Source: Planctomycetota bacterium (GTDB taxonomy: Bacteria > Planctomycetota > PLA2 > JAEUHO01). From it: a stretch of DNA of 64,000 nt. A model generated the notes under the pieces. The model ran no database searches. It was not told the origin of the DNA and saw only the letters and a program-made list of their open reading frames with translations. The position numbers and the translations under genes are program-made. The stretch lies in assembly GCA_965223505.1 (NCBI GenBank), contig CBDCWP010000034.1, positions 96,001 through 160,000 on the forward strand, in the 5' to 3' direction. Position 1 is the first letter of the stretch. Each line of letters begins with the position of its first letter. This document shows, in pieces, positions 9,910 through 19,324 of the stretch.

Positions 9910-11205
9910 ATGCATTCACGACGTCAGTTCCTCGGAAGCATGCTGTTGCCGGCGGCGGCGGCGGCCGTCGCGTTCGAACCGCGCAAGGTGTTGGCCGGCG
10001 GGTTCATCGATCGGTTGCCGATCCTGCCGCGCGGCGACGCGGCCAACGACGAGCTCTGGTTCGAGGTGTCGCAGGCGTTCACCGTCGACCGCAGCCTGGT
10101 GAACTTCAACAACGGCGGCGTCTCGCCCGCACCGGCCGTCGTACAGGAATCGATGAAGCGTCACCTGGACTACTCCAACGAGGCGCCGCCCTACACGATG
10201 TGGCGCATCCTCGAGCCGCAGCGCGAGGGCGTGCGCAAGCGCATGGCCCGTCAGTTCGGCTGCGATCCCGAAGAGATCGCGTTCACGCGCAACGCGTCGG
10301 AGAGCCTGCAGATCTGCCAGCTGGGGTTCGATCTGCAGAAGGGCGACGAGGTCCTCACGACGACGCAGGACTACCCGCGCATGATCAACACGTTCAAGCA
10401 GCGTGAGCGCCGCGAGGGCATCGTGCTCAAGCAGTTCAGGATTCCGATTCCGTGCGACGACCCCGGCGAGATCGTCCGCCGCTTCGAGGCGAACATCACG
10501 CCGAAGACCAAGCTGATCTTGATGTGCCACATGATCAACATCACCGGGCAGATCCTGCCCGTGAAGGAGGTCGTCGCGATGGCGCGCATGCGCGGCCTGC
10601 CGGTCATCGTGGACGGCGCGCACGCGCTCGCGCACTTCGACTTCAAGCTCTCGGACCTCGACTGCGACTACTACGGCACGAGCCTGCACAAGTGGCTGTT
10701 CGCCCCCCACGGCACCGGGTTGTTGTACGTGCGCAAGGACAAGATCAAGGGCCTGTGGCCGATGATGGCGGCGCCCGAGACCCAGGACGAGAACATCCGC
10801 AAGTTCGAGGAGATCGGCACGCACCCGGCGGCCAACTACCTGGCCATCGCGGACGCGCTGACCTTCCACCAGGGCATCGGACCCAAACGCAAGGAGCAGC
10901 GGCTCGTGTTCCTGCGCGACTACTGGGCGAAGCGGCTCCTCCGGCACGAGCGCGTGAAGCTGCACACGAGCCTGAAGCCGGGCATGGCGTGCGGGATCGC
11001 CAACGTGCAGATCGATGGGATCGACTCCGCCGAGCTGCAGCAGTGGCTCTGGAAGGAGCACCGCATTCTGACGGTCGCGATCAAGCACGACGAGTTCGAG
11101 GGCATTCGCGTCTCGCCGTCGGTCTACACGACGATCGAGGAGCTGGACCGCTTCGTGGCCGCCATGGAGACGGTCCTCGCGAAGGGGCTGCCCGAAGACG
11201 ATTGA
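9910..11205 (+). CDS. PLP-dependent class V aminotransferase (isopenicillin-N epimerase/cysteine-desulfurase-like) with Tat signal
   Basis: SRRQFL twin-arginine signal; NFNNGG, FTRNASE, DGAH, SLHKWL (PLP lysine). Confidence 0.9.
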   Translation: MHSRRQFLGSMLLPAAAAAVAFEPRKVLAGGFIDRLPILPRGDAANDELWFEVSQAFTVDRSLVNFNNGGVSPAPAVVQESMKRHLDYSNEAPPYTMWRILEPQREGVRKRMARQFGCDPEEIAFTRNASESLQICQLGFDLQKGDEVLTTTQDYPRMINTFKQRERREGIVLKQFRIPIPCDDPGEIVRRFEANITPKTKLILMCHMINITGQILPVKEVVAMARMRGLPVIVDGAHALAHFDFKLSDLDCDYYGTSLHKWLFAPHGTGLLYVRKDKIKGLWPMMAAPETQDENIRKFEEIGTHPAANYLAIADALTFHQGIGPKRKEQRLVFLRDYWAKRLLRHERVKLHTSLKPGMACGIANVQIDGIDSAELQQWLWKEHRILTVAIKHDEFEGIRVSPSVYTTIEELDRFVAAMETVLAKGLPEDD

Positions 11206-11208
11206 GAG

Positions 11209-12525
11209 CTAGCCGCCGGCGCCCAACACCCAGGTGAGCACCTGCTCGGGGCGCAGGATCTCCGTGAAGAGGACGCCCGCGGCCTCGCGGTTGGCGGCCT
11301 GGCCTTTCGCGAACGTCGCGTAGCGCATCATGTTCATCATGTCCTGCTGCGGCGAGTCCTCGCCGTAGTCCTGCGCCATGCGATTGATCTTGATGTTCTC
11401 TTCGCGCAGCGCGGCGGTCAGAGGCTCGTACTTCTTCTTCAGGGCCCTGACCCGGTCCTGCTGCTTCGGCGTCAGCTGAAACTGCTTGGCGAGCTCGCGG
11501 AAGTCGCCTGACCGCTCCGCCGTCGTGAGCATGGGCATGATCGAGCGTAGCTGCTTGATCTGAAGCGGGGTATACACCTCGAGCGCGTTCAGATAGAAGG
11601 TCCAGAGCGTGTCGAGCTGGTTCTTCTTCACGACCCGCTGCTCGCGATTCAGGTCCGCGCGCTCCTCCGGCGAGAGATCCTTGCGCCCCAGCTCGCGCGT
11701 GATGCGCGCCTCGGCCGCTTTGTCGGCCGCCGTCTCCTGCTCGAGCTCGGTGAACAAGGCGGTGACCTGCGCCCCCTGCGCCGGTGTCATGCCTTCGACG
11801 AGATAGAGGTGCGCGAAGCCCTCCTCCATCTTCGTCATGCGCGTGGGGAGGCTGCGCTTGATGTGCAGTCGTCCCGCGAGGTCGTGCGAGCAGTCGACGA
11901 CACGCCAGAAGCGCTTTTGCATCGCCGTCGCACGCAGCCGCGCGTCGTCGCGCGCGCGCAGGAGCGCCGCGGCGCCGTCCTCATTTTCCTTCGCCAGCTG
12001 CTCGAGGCGCATGACGGTCGCGTGCGTCGCGAGCAGGGCGCCTTCGACCGCCTGCGGCAGCCGGTGCATGACCTGCTTCGATCCGGCGCCGAACCGCGCG
12101 ACGCGAAGGGCGTAGCGCTCGATGCGGTACGGGCCTTCCGTCGCTCGCTCCAACATGCGCAAGACCTCTTCCGAGATCCCCATCGGTTCGACGGCCTTCT
12201 TCAGCTCCGTCATCAACGGCACGAAGGCGGCGCGGTCGCGCTCCAGCTGCGCGGCGAGCTTGCGGCTTCCGGCGTCTCTCTGGTTGTTCCGAGCGGCCAG
12301 CTGCTTCGCGACCTTGGCGTAGCGCTCGCCCACGATCTTCAGGCGCGCCGCGAGATCGGGGTGCTCGCGCGCGATCTGCACCCACTCGATCTCGGTCAAC
12401 GGAAGCAGCTCGAGGTGCTCGGGCCCGATGTCGACGGGCGCCGGGTGGTCCTCGGCGATCGCTCCCTGTGCCGACGCCGCGAATGCGACGACGAGCAACA
12501 GCGCACGCAGGAAGACACGCGTCAT
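11209..12525 (-). CDS. Secreted helical protein with several LTxxQ-like motifs (Spy/CpxP-like)
   Basis: Signal peptide; GGAGG RBS; MTPAQ, YTPLQ, LTPKQ, LRPEQ motifs; coiled-coil character. Confidence 0.6.
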   Translation of the reverse strand: MTRVFLRALLLVVAFAASAQGAIAEDHPAPVDIGPEHLELLPLTEIEWVQIAREHPDLAARLKIVGERYAKVAKQLAARNNQRDAGSRKLAAQLERDRAAFVPLMTELKKAVEPMGISEEVLRMLERATEGPYRIERYALRVARFGAGSKQVMHRLPQAVEGALLATHATVMRLEQLAKENEDGAAALLRARDDARLRATAMQKRFWRVVDCSHDLAGRLHIKRSLPTRMTKMEEGFAHLYLVEGMTPAQGAQVTALFTELEQETAADKAAEARITRELGRKDLSPEERADLNREQRVVKKNQLDTLWTFYLNALEVYTPLQIKQLRSIMPMLTTAERSGDFRELAKQFQLTPKQQDRVRALKKKYEPLTAALREENIKINRMAQDYGEDSPQQDMMNMMRYATFAKGQAANREAAGVLFTEILRPEQVLTWVLGAGG

Positions 12526-12674
12526 GGCTGTTCCTCCGCAGGGTCCAGGCCACCATACCGCCCGCGACGAGCCTGGATTCGCGGTCCGGGGCGGAATTCG
12601 GGAATCAAGCGCTACGCTGACGGCACGCTAGACGATGGGACCCGGAGGTGCGCATGTGTCGGATGGCATGCGAG

Positions 12675-13292
12675 CTAGCCGCTACGAGGCGGGAGCGTTT
12701 CCGGGTCGGGAAACAGGTCGCGCTCGGCGAGCTTGTCCCGCCAGGACCGCGGCCATGCCGTTCGGTCCACCGTGCCCGTCAGCTCGTATGCGAAGGACTT
12801 GAACGACGACGGCAGCGCGCCCGCCGCCCGCATCCGCGCGACCGCGAACCCGGTGTCGGGCTCCGACGAGAACAGGCAGTCTTCGAGCAGGTAGACGCGA
12901 TAGCCCCGGCCGATCAGGCCCAAGACGGACTGCAACACGCACACGTCGGTCTCGCCGCCCGCGACCGCCACCGCGCCTCTACCGGTCGCCTTCAGGGCGT
13001 CGGCGATCGGTTGCTCGCCGCAGAGGTCGAACGACGACTTCTCGAAGATCTGCACGTCGTTGGGCGTGCGCACCTGCAGCCGGTCGGGTAGGTGCCCCTT
13101 CGATTCGACCGGCCGCTCGATCGTCGCGATGACGGGCAGCGCCAGCCAGTCGGCCAACATGAGCAGGCGCTCCAGCCGCTGGAGGAGCGGCTCGCTCTCG
13201 CCTGCCATCGACGCGAGGAACGAGGTCTGCGCGTCGATCACGGCAACGGCCGCCTCTTCGTGCAGCGGAGAGCGATGGGAAGGAGCCGACAC
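12675..13292 (-). CDS. Isochorismatase-family (cysteine hydrolase) protein
   Basis: AVIDAQ, FEKSSF, GGETDVCVLQS motifs; GTG start is inferred (the ORF-track extension overlaps the ABC binding gene). Confidence 0.82.
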   Translation of the reverse strand: MSAPSHRSPLHEEAAVAVIDAQTSFLASMAGESEPLLQRLERLLMLADWLALPVIATIERPVESKGHLPDRLQVRTPNDVQIFEKSSFDLCGEQPIADALKATGRGAVAVAGGETDVCVLQSVLGLIGRGYRVYLLEDCLFSSEPDTGFAVARMRAAGALPSSFKSFAYELTGTVDRTAWPRSWRDKLAERDLFPDPETLPPRSG

Positions 13293-13358
13293 GGCAACGG
13301 GCAGGGTACCCTCTGCGCCCCCGAGGGGGGGAACAGCCTGAGGGATCACGCGAGGACC

Positions 13359-14342
13359 ATGCGCAAGGCGCTCATCATCGGCTTGCTCGTCGCGCTCACC
13401 GGCGTCACCGGTTGCGGTGACGACGAGCCGGAGCTCTGGATCTACACGTCGATCTACAAGAGCGTGATCAAGCGCATGACGCCGCTGCTCGCGGAGCGCT
13501 TTCCCGGCGTTCGCATTCGCTGGTACGACAAGGGCAGCGAGACGATCGCCTCCAAGCTGAACGCGGAGATCCAGGCGGGCGGCAGCAACTGCGATCTGCT
13601 CATGACCTCCGATCCCTTCTACTACCTGCAGCTCAAGGAGGCGGGGCACCTGCTGGCGCACGAGAGCGCCGCGGTCGCCGGCGTCGCGTCGTTCAAGGAT
13701 CCCGATCACACGTTCGCAACCGTCCGCGTGCCGGTGATGGCCCTCGCCGTCAACACGAACCGACTGCAGCCTGACGACTACCCGCAGAGCTTCAAGGACC
13801 TCGAGGACGCCCGCTTCGCGGGCGCGGTCGCGATGCCGGACCCGCTCAAGTCCGGCACCACGTTCACGACCGTCGCCGCGCTCTCGGCGAAGTACGGATG
13901 GTCGTACTTCGAGGCGCTTCGCAAGAACGACATCGTCTCGGCCGGCGGCAACAGCGCGGTGCTCAACAAGATCGAGACCGGTGAGAAGGCGGTCGGCATC
14001 ATTCTGATGGAGAACGTGCTCCCGCGCATCGAGAAGGGCGCGCCGCTCGCGATCGTCGTTCCCTCCGACGGCGCGATTCCCGTTCCCAGCCCGGTTGCCA
14101 TCCTCGCATCCACCGATCAGCCCGCGTTGGCGAAGCAGGTCTACGACTTCATGTTCAGCGCCGAGATGCAGGCCGCCGTGGTGTCGGGCTGGATGTACTC
14201 GCCGATCCCGTCCCAGGCGCCGCCGAAAGGCGCGCCGGCATGGGCCGACCTGAGCAAGCACACGTGGAGCGCGGAGTCGATGGCGGCCGTGCGCGACCGG
14301 CGGGACGAGATCAAGCAGACGTTTCGCGACATCATGCGCTGA
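13359..14342 (+). CDS. ABC transporter substrate-binding lipoprotein (Fe3+/AfuA-like family)
   Basis: GAGGA RBS, lipobox VTGC, LWIYTS, MPDPLKSGT, SDGAIPVPSPVAI. Confidence 0.88.
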   Translation: MRKALIIGLLVALTGVTGCGDDEPELWIYTSIYKSVIKRMTPLLAERFPGVRIRWYDKGSETIASKLNAEIQAGGSNCDLLMTSDPFYYLQLKEAGHLLAHESAAVAGVASFKDPDHTFATVRVPVMALAVNTNRLQPDDYPQSFKDLEDARFAGAVAMPDPLKSGTTFTTVAALSAKYGWSYFEALRKNDIVSAGGNSAVLNKIETGEKAVGIILMENVLPRIEKGAPLAIVVPSDGAIPVPSPVAILASTDQPALAKQVYDFMFSAEMQAAVVSGWMYSPIPSQAPPKGAPAWADLSKHTWSAESMAAVRDRRDEIKQTFRDIMR

Positions 14343-15943
14343 TGCGGGTGTGCAGGGGCCAGGCACAGGCGTGGAGCGCGTTGGCCGCGGTCGTGCTGCT
14401 CGGGATCGCGCCGCTTGCGTTCGTCGTTCTGCAGGGCGCGAAGAGCGGCGCGGCGTTCTTCGATGCCGTGACGAGCGCCGACGCCTTGGACGCGCTGATC
14501 GGCACGCTGCGGCTGGCCGTGGGCACGTCGCTGCTCGCGGTGCTGATCGGCGCGCCGTTGGCGTGGCTCACGTCGCGCACCGACCTTCCGTGGCAGCCGT
14601 TCTTCCGGTCCATCCTCACGATCCCGTACATCATCCCGCCGTACATCGCCGCCGTCGCGTGGATCACGCTCGCCAACCCCGAGGTGGGCGTGCTCAACCA
14701 GCTTCTCGGCAAGGGAACGCTGAACATCTACTCCATGACCGGCCTGACGTGGGTCATGGCGTTGAGCTTCTATCCCTACGTCTTCCTGAGCGTGCGCGGC
14801 GCGCTGCAGAACGCGGATCCGTCGTTGGAGGACGCCGCGCGAATGAGCGGCGCCGGCACCTGGCGGGTGCTCCGGGACGTGTCGCTGCCCATCATGCGCC
14901 CGGCGCTCATCTCGAGCGGAGGACTCGTGTTTGCCGTCACGGCGTCGGCGTTCGGCGCGCCGGTGCTGTTGGGTGGCCCCGCGCGGATCGAGGTGCTCTC
15001 GACGCAGATCTTCGACGCCATCGCCGGCGGTCTCGGCGGCATGGCGGAGGCCAGCAGCCTGGCCTGCCTGCTCTTCGTCTTCGTCTTGCCGCCGCTGCTT
15101 CTGCGCGGACGCCATCACGCGGTGCTGTCGGGCAAGGCGTCGCGCGCGTCGCTGGTGCGGCTGGGACGCTACCGTGCCGCGACGGCCCTGCTGGTCGGCG
15201 TCTTCGCGCTCGTCGCGATCATTTGTCCCGCCGCCGCGGTGACGTTGACCGCGTTCATGCGCATCGCCGGCGACTTCTCCATCGCGAACCTGACGACCGA
15301 GAACTTCGCGGCGCTCTGGCAGCCCGAGACGGCCGACGTGATTCGAACGTCGCTGCTGCTCGCCGCCGGCGCGGCGACCGCCGCGGTCATGCTCGGCGGC
15401 GCCGTCGCCTTCGTGAAGGTGAAGACGCGCTGGAAGGGGCGCGGCCTGCTCGACGCGTTGACGGCGCTTCCGCTGGCCGCCCCGGGAACCGTGCTGGCGC
15501 TGGGCTTGATCCTCATGTGGACGACGCCGCTCACGCTCACGAACACGCTCTGGATCCTTCTGATCGCCTACGTCGCGAAGTACGCCGCGCTGGCCGCCAG
15601 GCCGCTTGCGGACGGACTCGGCACCATCGACGACGCGCTGCCCGAGGCGGCGCGCATGAGCGGCGCGCGGGGCTTCACGGTGCTTCGAACGATCTGGATC
15701 CCGCTGGTGCTCCCGTCGCTCATGGCCGGCTGGTTTCTCGTGTTCATGCCGTCGTTCAGCGAGCTCACGATGTCCGTGCTGCTCGTCGGTCCCGGGACCG
15801 AGACCGTCGGCACGCGCATGTTCGAGCTGCGCGAGTACGAGGGGCCGACCGCCGCGTCGGTCCTCGCAACCGTGATTCTCGCCTTCGTCGTCGGGAGCAA
15901 CCTCTTGCTCCGATTCCTCTCCAAAGGACGATACGGCGTATGA
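14342..15943 (+). CDS. ABC transporter permease (FbpB/AfuB-like, two EAA loops)
   Basis: TGATG coupling to the binding-protein gene; LEDAARMSGA and LPEAARMSGA loops. Confidence 0.9.
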   Translation: MRVCRGQAQAWSALAAVVLLGIAPLAFVVLQGAKSGAAFFDAVTSADALDALIGTLRLAVGTSLLAVLIGAPLAWLTSRTDLPWQPFFRSILTIPYIIPPYIAAVAWITLANPEVGVLNQLLGKGTLNIYSMTGLTWVMALSFYPYVFLSVRGALQNADPSLEDAARMSGAGTWRVLRDVSLPIMRPALISSGGLVFAVTASAFGAPVLLGGPARIEVLSTQIFDAIAGGLGGMAEASSLACLLFVFVLPPLLLRGRHHAVLSGKASRASLVRLGRYRAATALLVGVFALVAIICPAAAVTLTAFMRIAGDFSIANLTTENFAALWQPETADVIRTSLLLAAGAATAAVMLGGAVAFVKVKTRWKGRGLLDALTALPLAAPGTVLALGLILMWTTPLTLTNTLWILLIAYVAKYAALAARPLADGLGTIDDALPEAARMSGARGFTVLRTIWIPLVLPSLMAGWFLVFMPSFSELTMSVLLVGPGTETVGTRMFELREYEGPTAASVLATVILAFVVGSNLLLRFLSKGRYGV

Positions 15944-16644
15944 GCGAGGTCACCTGCTCTCACCTCGAGAAGTCGTTCGGCGACAACCGCGTCCTTTGCG
16001 ACTTCTCCGTGCGCGTCGAGCAGGGCGAGCTCGTCTCGCTGCTCGGCGCGTCAGGCTGCGGCAAGACGACCGTCCTGCGGCTCATCGCGGGCCTCGACGT
16101 GCCCGACGCAGGCGAGATTCGCATCGGCGACCGCACCGTGTGCGGCCCGGGCACCTGGGTCCCGCCGGAAGCGCGCCGCATCGGCATGGTCTTCCAGTCG
16201 TACGCGGTCTGGCCGCATTTCTCCGTCTTGCGCAACGTCGACTATCCGCTGCGCGTGAGCCGCGTGCCGAAGGCGGAGCGCAACGAACGCGCGCACGCGA
16301 TGCTGCGCCTCGTCGGCCTCGAAGGCCTGGAGGACCGGCGGCCGAATCAGCTCTCGGGCGGGCAGCAGCAGCGCGTGGCGTTGGCGCGCGGGTTGATCAT
16401 GGAGCCCGACGTCCTCCTGCTCGACGAGCCCTTGTCCAACCTCGACGCCAAGCTGCGCGTGCGCATGCGCCGCGACATCCGCCGCATCCAGCAAGAGACC
16501 GGATTCACGGTGATCTACGTGACCCACGATCAGGACGAGGCGCTCGAGATCTCGGATCGCTTGGTGATCATGGACGCCGGAGAGATCATCGCGGTCGGTC
16601 CCCCCGACGAGCTGCGAGAGCACGAACACATGCGAGTCACCTAG
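15940..16644 (+). CDS. ABC transporter ATP-binding protein (FbpC/PotA-like, no C-terminal TOBE domain)
   Basis: ATGA overlap; GASGCGKT, LSGGQQQR, LLLDEP, YVTHD; only 234 aa. Confidence 0.92.
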   Translation: MSEVTCSHLEKSFGDNRVLCDFSVRVEQGELVSLLGASGCGKTTVLRLIAGLDVPDAGEIRIGDRTVCGPGTWVPPEARRIGMVFQSYAVWPHFSVLRNVDYPLRVSRVPKAERNERAHAMLRLVGLEGLEDRRPNQLSGGQQQRVALARGLIMEPDVLLLDEPLSNLDAKLRVRMRRDIRRIQQETGFTVIYVTHDQDEALEISDRLVIMDAGEIIAVGPPDELREHEHMRVT

Positions 16645-17412
16645 GTGCGCGCCTTCCTGCTGGACATCGACGGCACGACGCTGCTCGGACCGAACGCGAT
16701 TCCCGGCGCGCGCGAGCTGATCGCGTACCTCGATCGCGCGGGCATTCCGTACCTGTGGCTGACCAACAACACGTCGCGCTCGCGCGAGGGGTGGCGCGCG
16801 CGCCTCCAGGACGCGGGATTCAGCCCCGACATCGACGACGTCTACACCGCGGGCGACGCGACGATCGACTACCTGCACTCGCTCGTTCACCCGCCGCGGG
16901 TGTTCCTCGTCGGAACGAGGGAGCTGCGCGGCGAATTCGAGGCGGCCGGCATCACGCTCGACGACGACGACCCTGACATGGTCGTGCTCGGGTACGACCT
17001 CGAGCTCACCTACGACAAGATCCAGCGCGCGGCGCTGCTCTTGCAGCGCGACCTGCCGTTCGTGGCGACGCATCCGGATCTCACGTGTCCCACGCCCGAC
17101 GGTCCCGTGCCCGACGTGGGGGCGTTCCTCGCGATGTTCCGGGCCGCGACCGGGCGCACGCCGCGCGTGATCGGGAAGCCGGAAGCCACGATGATCCGCG
17201 GCGCGCTGTCCCGCCTCGACGTGGACGCGAGCGACGCCGTCATGGTGGGGGACCGGCCCACGACGGACATCCGCATGGCCAAGCGCGCGGGCGTGACGTC
17301 CTACCTCGTGCTCAGCGGCGTGACGCGCCGGGAAGACCCGATCGCGCTCGAGGACACGCCCTCGGAGGTGTTTCCGTCCCTGGCGGAGGTCCTGGAGCAC
17401 ATTCGCGCGTAG
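16645..17412 (+). CDS. HAD-IIA family phosphatase (NagD-like)
   Basis: DIDGT, LTNN, IGKP, MVGDRPTTDI, VLSG; starts immediately after the ATPase stop. Confidence 0.9.
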   Translation: MRAFLLDIDGTTLLGPNAIPGARELIAYLDRAGIPYLWLTNNTSRSREGWRARLQDAGFSPDIDDVYTAGDATIDYLHSLVHPPRVFLVGTRELRGEFEAAGITLDDDDPDMVVLGYDLELTYDKIQRAALLLQRDLPFVATHPDLTCPTPDGPVPDVGAFLAMFRAATGRTPRVIGKPEATMIRGALSRLDVDASDAVMVGDRPTTDIRMAKRAGVTSYLVLSGVTRREDPIALEDTPSEVFPSLAEVLEHIRA

Positions 17413-17465
17413 GTAACACTTCGACGGCGGATCGCGTCTGCTCCCTTGTCCTGGAGGAGACCCCA

Positions 17466-18224
17466 ATGCGAATCGCCCTGTTCTTGTCCGCTGCCTTGAT
17501 TCTCTCGCTCGCCGGCCCCGCGGAGGCCAGCGATCCCACCGGCATCTACGCCATCGTCGACACGGTGAAGCTCATCCCGAGCGCCGAAGAGCCGACGCAG
17601 ATCTTGATCGTCGGCGCGTTCAGCCTCGCCACCGGCCGCCGCTCGCAGATGGCGCCGGAGTGGGGCACGCTCTACTTCTCGTTGCCGGCAGGCAAGGAGA
17701 AGGAGGCCCGCCAGGAGTGGGCGGATCTCGCCGACATCGCCGGCAAGCGCGGCGTCTACGGCTTCGGCGCGCGTCGCCGGCTCGAAGGCGCGAAGCTGTA
17801 CACCGGCGCCGAGCGCCCCAAGGCGCCGACACCGTATCCGATGGGATGGGGGATACACCCGGTCCGCAACGCGAAGTGGGGGGCACCGGGACTGCTGCGA
17901 ACCCTGCCCCGGCCCGTCGCGCCGGCGCGGCCCGGCAACGAGATGAAGGTCGTCGAGAGCGGCATGCAGGAGATCCGGTTCACCGCGGCCAACGCGCTGG
18001 CGCCCAACGACGGAACGCGCTACCTCTTCGAAGTCGAGACGCGGCGGGCCGGCCTCGTCGCCAGCCCGGCGATCGAGCCCGGTGAGCGGGAGACCGAATG
18101 GAAGACGTGGCTCTACCTGCAGCCCGGCGAGGTGGTCAAGTGGAGCGTACGCATCGTCCGCGAGGACCACGATCGCTTCGCCGTCGCGCGCTCCCACTTC
18201 AAGGTGAAGGCGGGCGAGGAGTGA
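17466..18224 (+). CDS. Secreted hypothetical protein (beta-rich, C-terminal Ig/FN3-like part)
   Basis: GGAGGAG RBS; signal peptide MRIALFLSAALILSLAGPAEA; GTGA overlap with the next gene. Confidence 0.7.
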   Translation: MRIALFLSAALILSLAGPAEASDPTGIYAIVDTVKLIPSAEEPTQILIVGAFSLATGRRSQMAPEWGTLYFSLPAGKEKEARQEWADLADIAGKRGVYGFGARRRLEGAKLYTGAERPKAPTPYPMGWGIHPVRNAKWGAPGLLRTLPRPVAPARPGNEMKVVESGMQEIRFTAANALAPNDGTRYLFEVETRRAGLVASPAIEPGERETEWKTWLYLQPGEVVKWSVRIVREDHDRFAVARSHFKVKAGEE

Positions 18225-19324
18225 GCGTCGCGACGCGCACTGCGTCGCTTCCGCGAACCGCGTGGACCGACGCGCCGCTCATCGCCGCTTCGGGTGTTCA
18301 CGCCGCCGCGTTGCTGTTGGCGCCGTCGCTGCCGGTCGTCGCGATCGGCCTGTGGTGGAACGCCAACACCGTCGCCCACAACTTCATCCACAACCCGTTC
18401 TTCCGCTCGAAGACGGCGCGCAGCGCCTTCTCGATCTACCTGAGTCTCTTGATGGGGGTGCCGCAGACGCTCTGGCGCGAGCGGCACCTGGCCCATCACG
18501 CGAACCGCGCGGCGCGCATCAGGCCGTCGCCGCAGCTGTGCGCCGAGTCGGCCGCCGTCGCCGGGCTCTGGATCACCCTGGCGCTGGTCGCGCCGTCGTT
18601 CTTCGCGTTCGCCTATCTGCCCGGCTACTTCGCCGGCCTGATGTTGTGCACCCTGCAAGGGCGTTACGAGCATCGCGCCGACGAGACCGTCGATCATCGC
18701 GGCGCGCTCTACAACCTCTTGTTCTTCAACGACGGGCATCACGCTGCGCACCACAGGTCGCCGAAGCGCCACTGGCGGGACCTGCCTCGTGCCGCGCGCG
18801 TCGACACGCCGACGAGCCGCTACCCGGCGGTGCTGCGCTGGCTCGAGGCGCATCCGCTCGACCTCCTGGAGCGCCTGGCGCTCGGATCGAAGCTCGTTCG
18901 ACGCTGGGTGCTCTCAACGCACGAGCGCGCGCTCGCGAAGCTGTTGCCTGCCATGGGCGACGCGCGGCGCGTCGCCATCGTTGGGGGCGCGCTTTTTCCG
19001 CGTTCCGCGCTTCTGTTGTCGAAGCACCTGCCCGACGCCGAGCTCACTGTGATCGATCAGGCCCCGCTGCACATCGAGACCGCGCGCGCGCGGCTTCCTT
19101 CGAACGTGCGCGTCGTCAGCGAGACCTACGACCCGGCGCGTCACGACGGGTTCGATCTCGTCGTGATTCCGCTCGCGTACCAGGGTGACCGAGAAGCCCT
19201 GTATCGCGATCCGCCTGCGGAGACGCTCCTCGTCCACGATTGGCTGCCGCGCCGGCGAGGGATCGGCGCGCTCGTCTCACTGCTGCTCTTCAAGCGTATG
19301 AACCTGATCCGGCGGGCAGCGTGA
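18221..19324 (+). CDS. Membrane fatty-acid-desaturase-family domain fused to a class I SAM-binding-like domain
   Basis: Three His boxes HNFIH, HLAHH, HAAHH; C-terminal RVAIVGGALFPRSALLL...ELTVID...FDLVVI Rossmann-like motifs; GTG start coupled to the upstream stop. Confidence 0.78.
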   Translation: MSVATRTASLPRTAWTDAPLIAASGVHAAALLLAPSLPVVAIGLWWNANTVAHNFIHNPFFRSKTARSAFSIYLSLLMGVPQTLWRERHLAHHANRAARIRPSPQLCAESAAVAGLWITLALVAPSFFAFAYLPGYFAGLMLCTLQGRYEHRADETVDHRGALYNLLFFNDGHHAAHHRSPKRHWRDLPRAARVDTPTSRYPAVLRWLEAHPLDLLERLALGSKLVRRWVLSTHERALAKLLPAMGDARRVAIVGGALFPRSALLLSKHLPDAELTVIDQAPLHIETARARLPSNVRVVSETYDPARHDGFDLVVIPLAYQGDREALYRDPPAETLLVHDWLPRRRGIGALVSLLLFKRMNLIRRAA

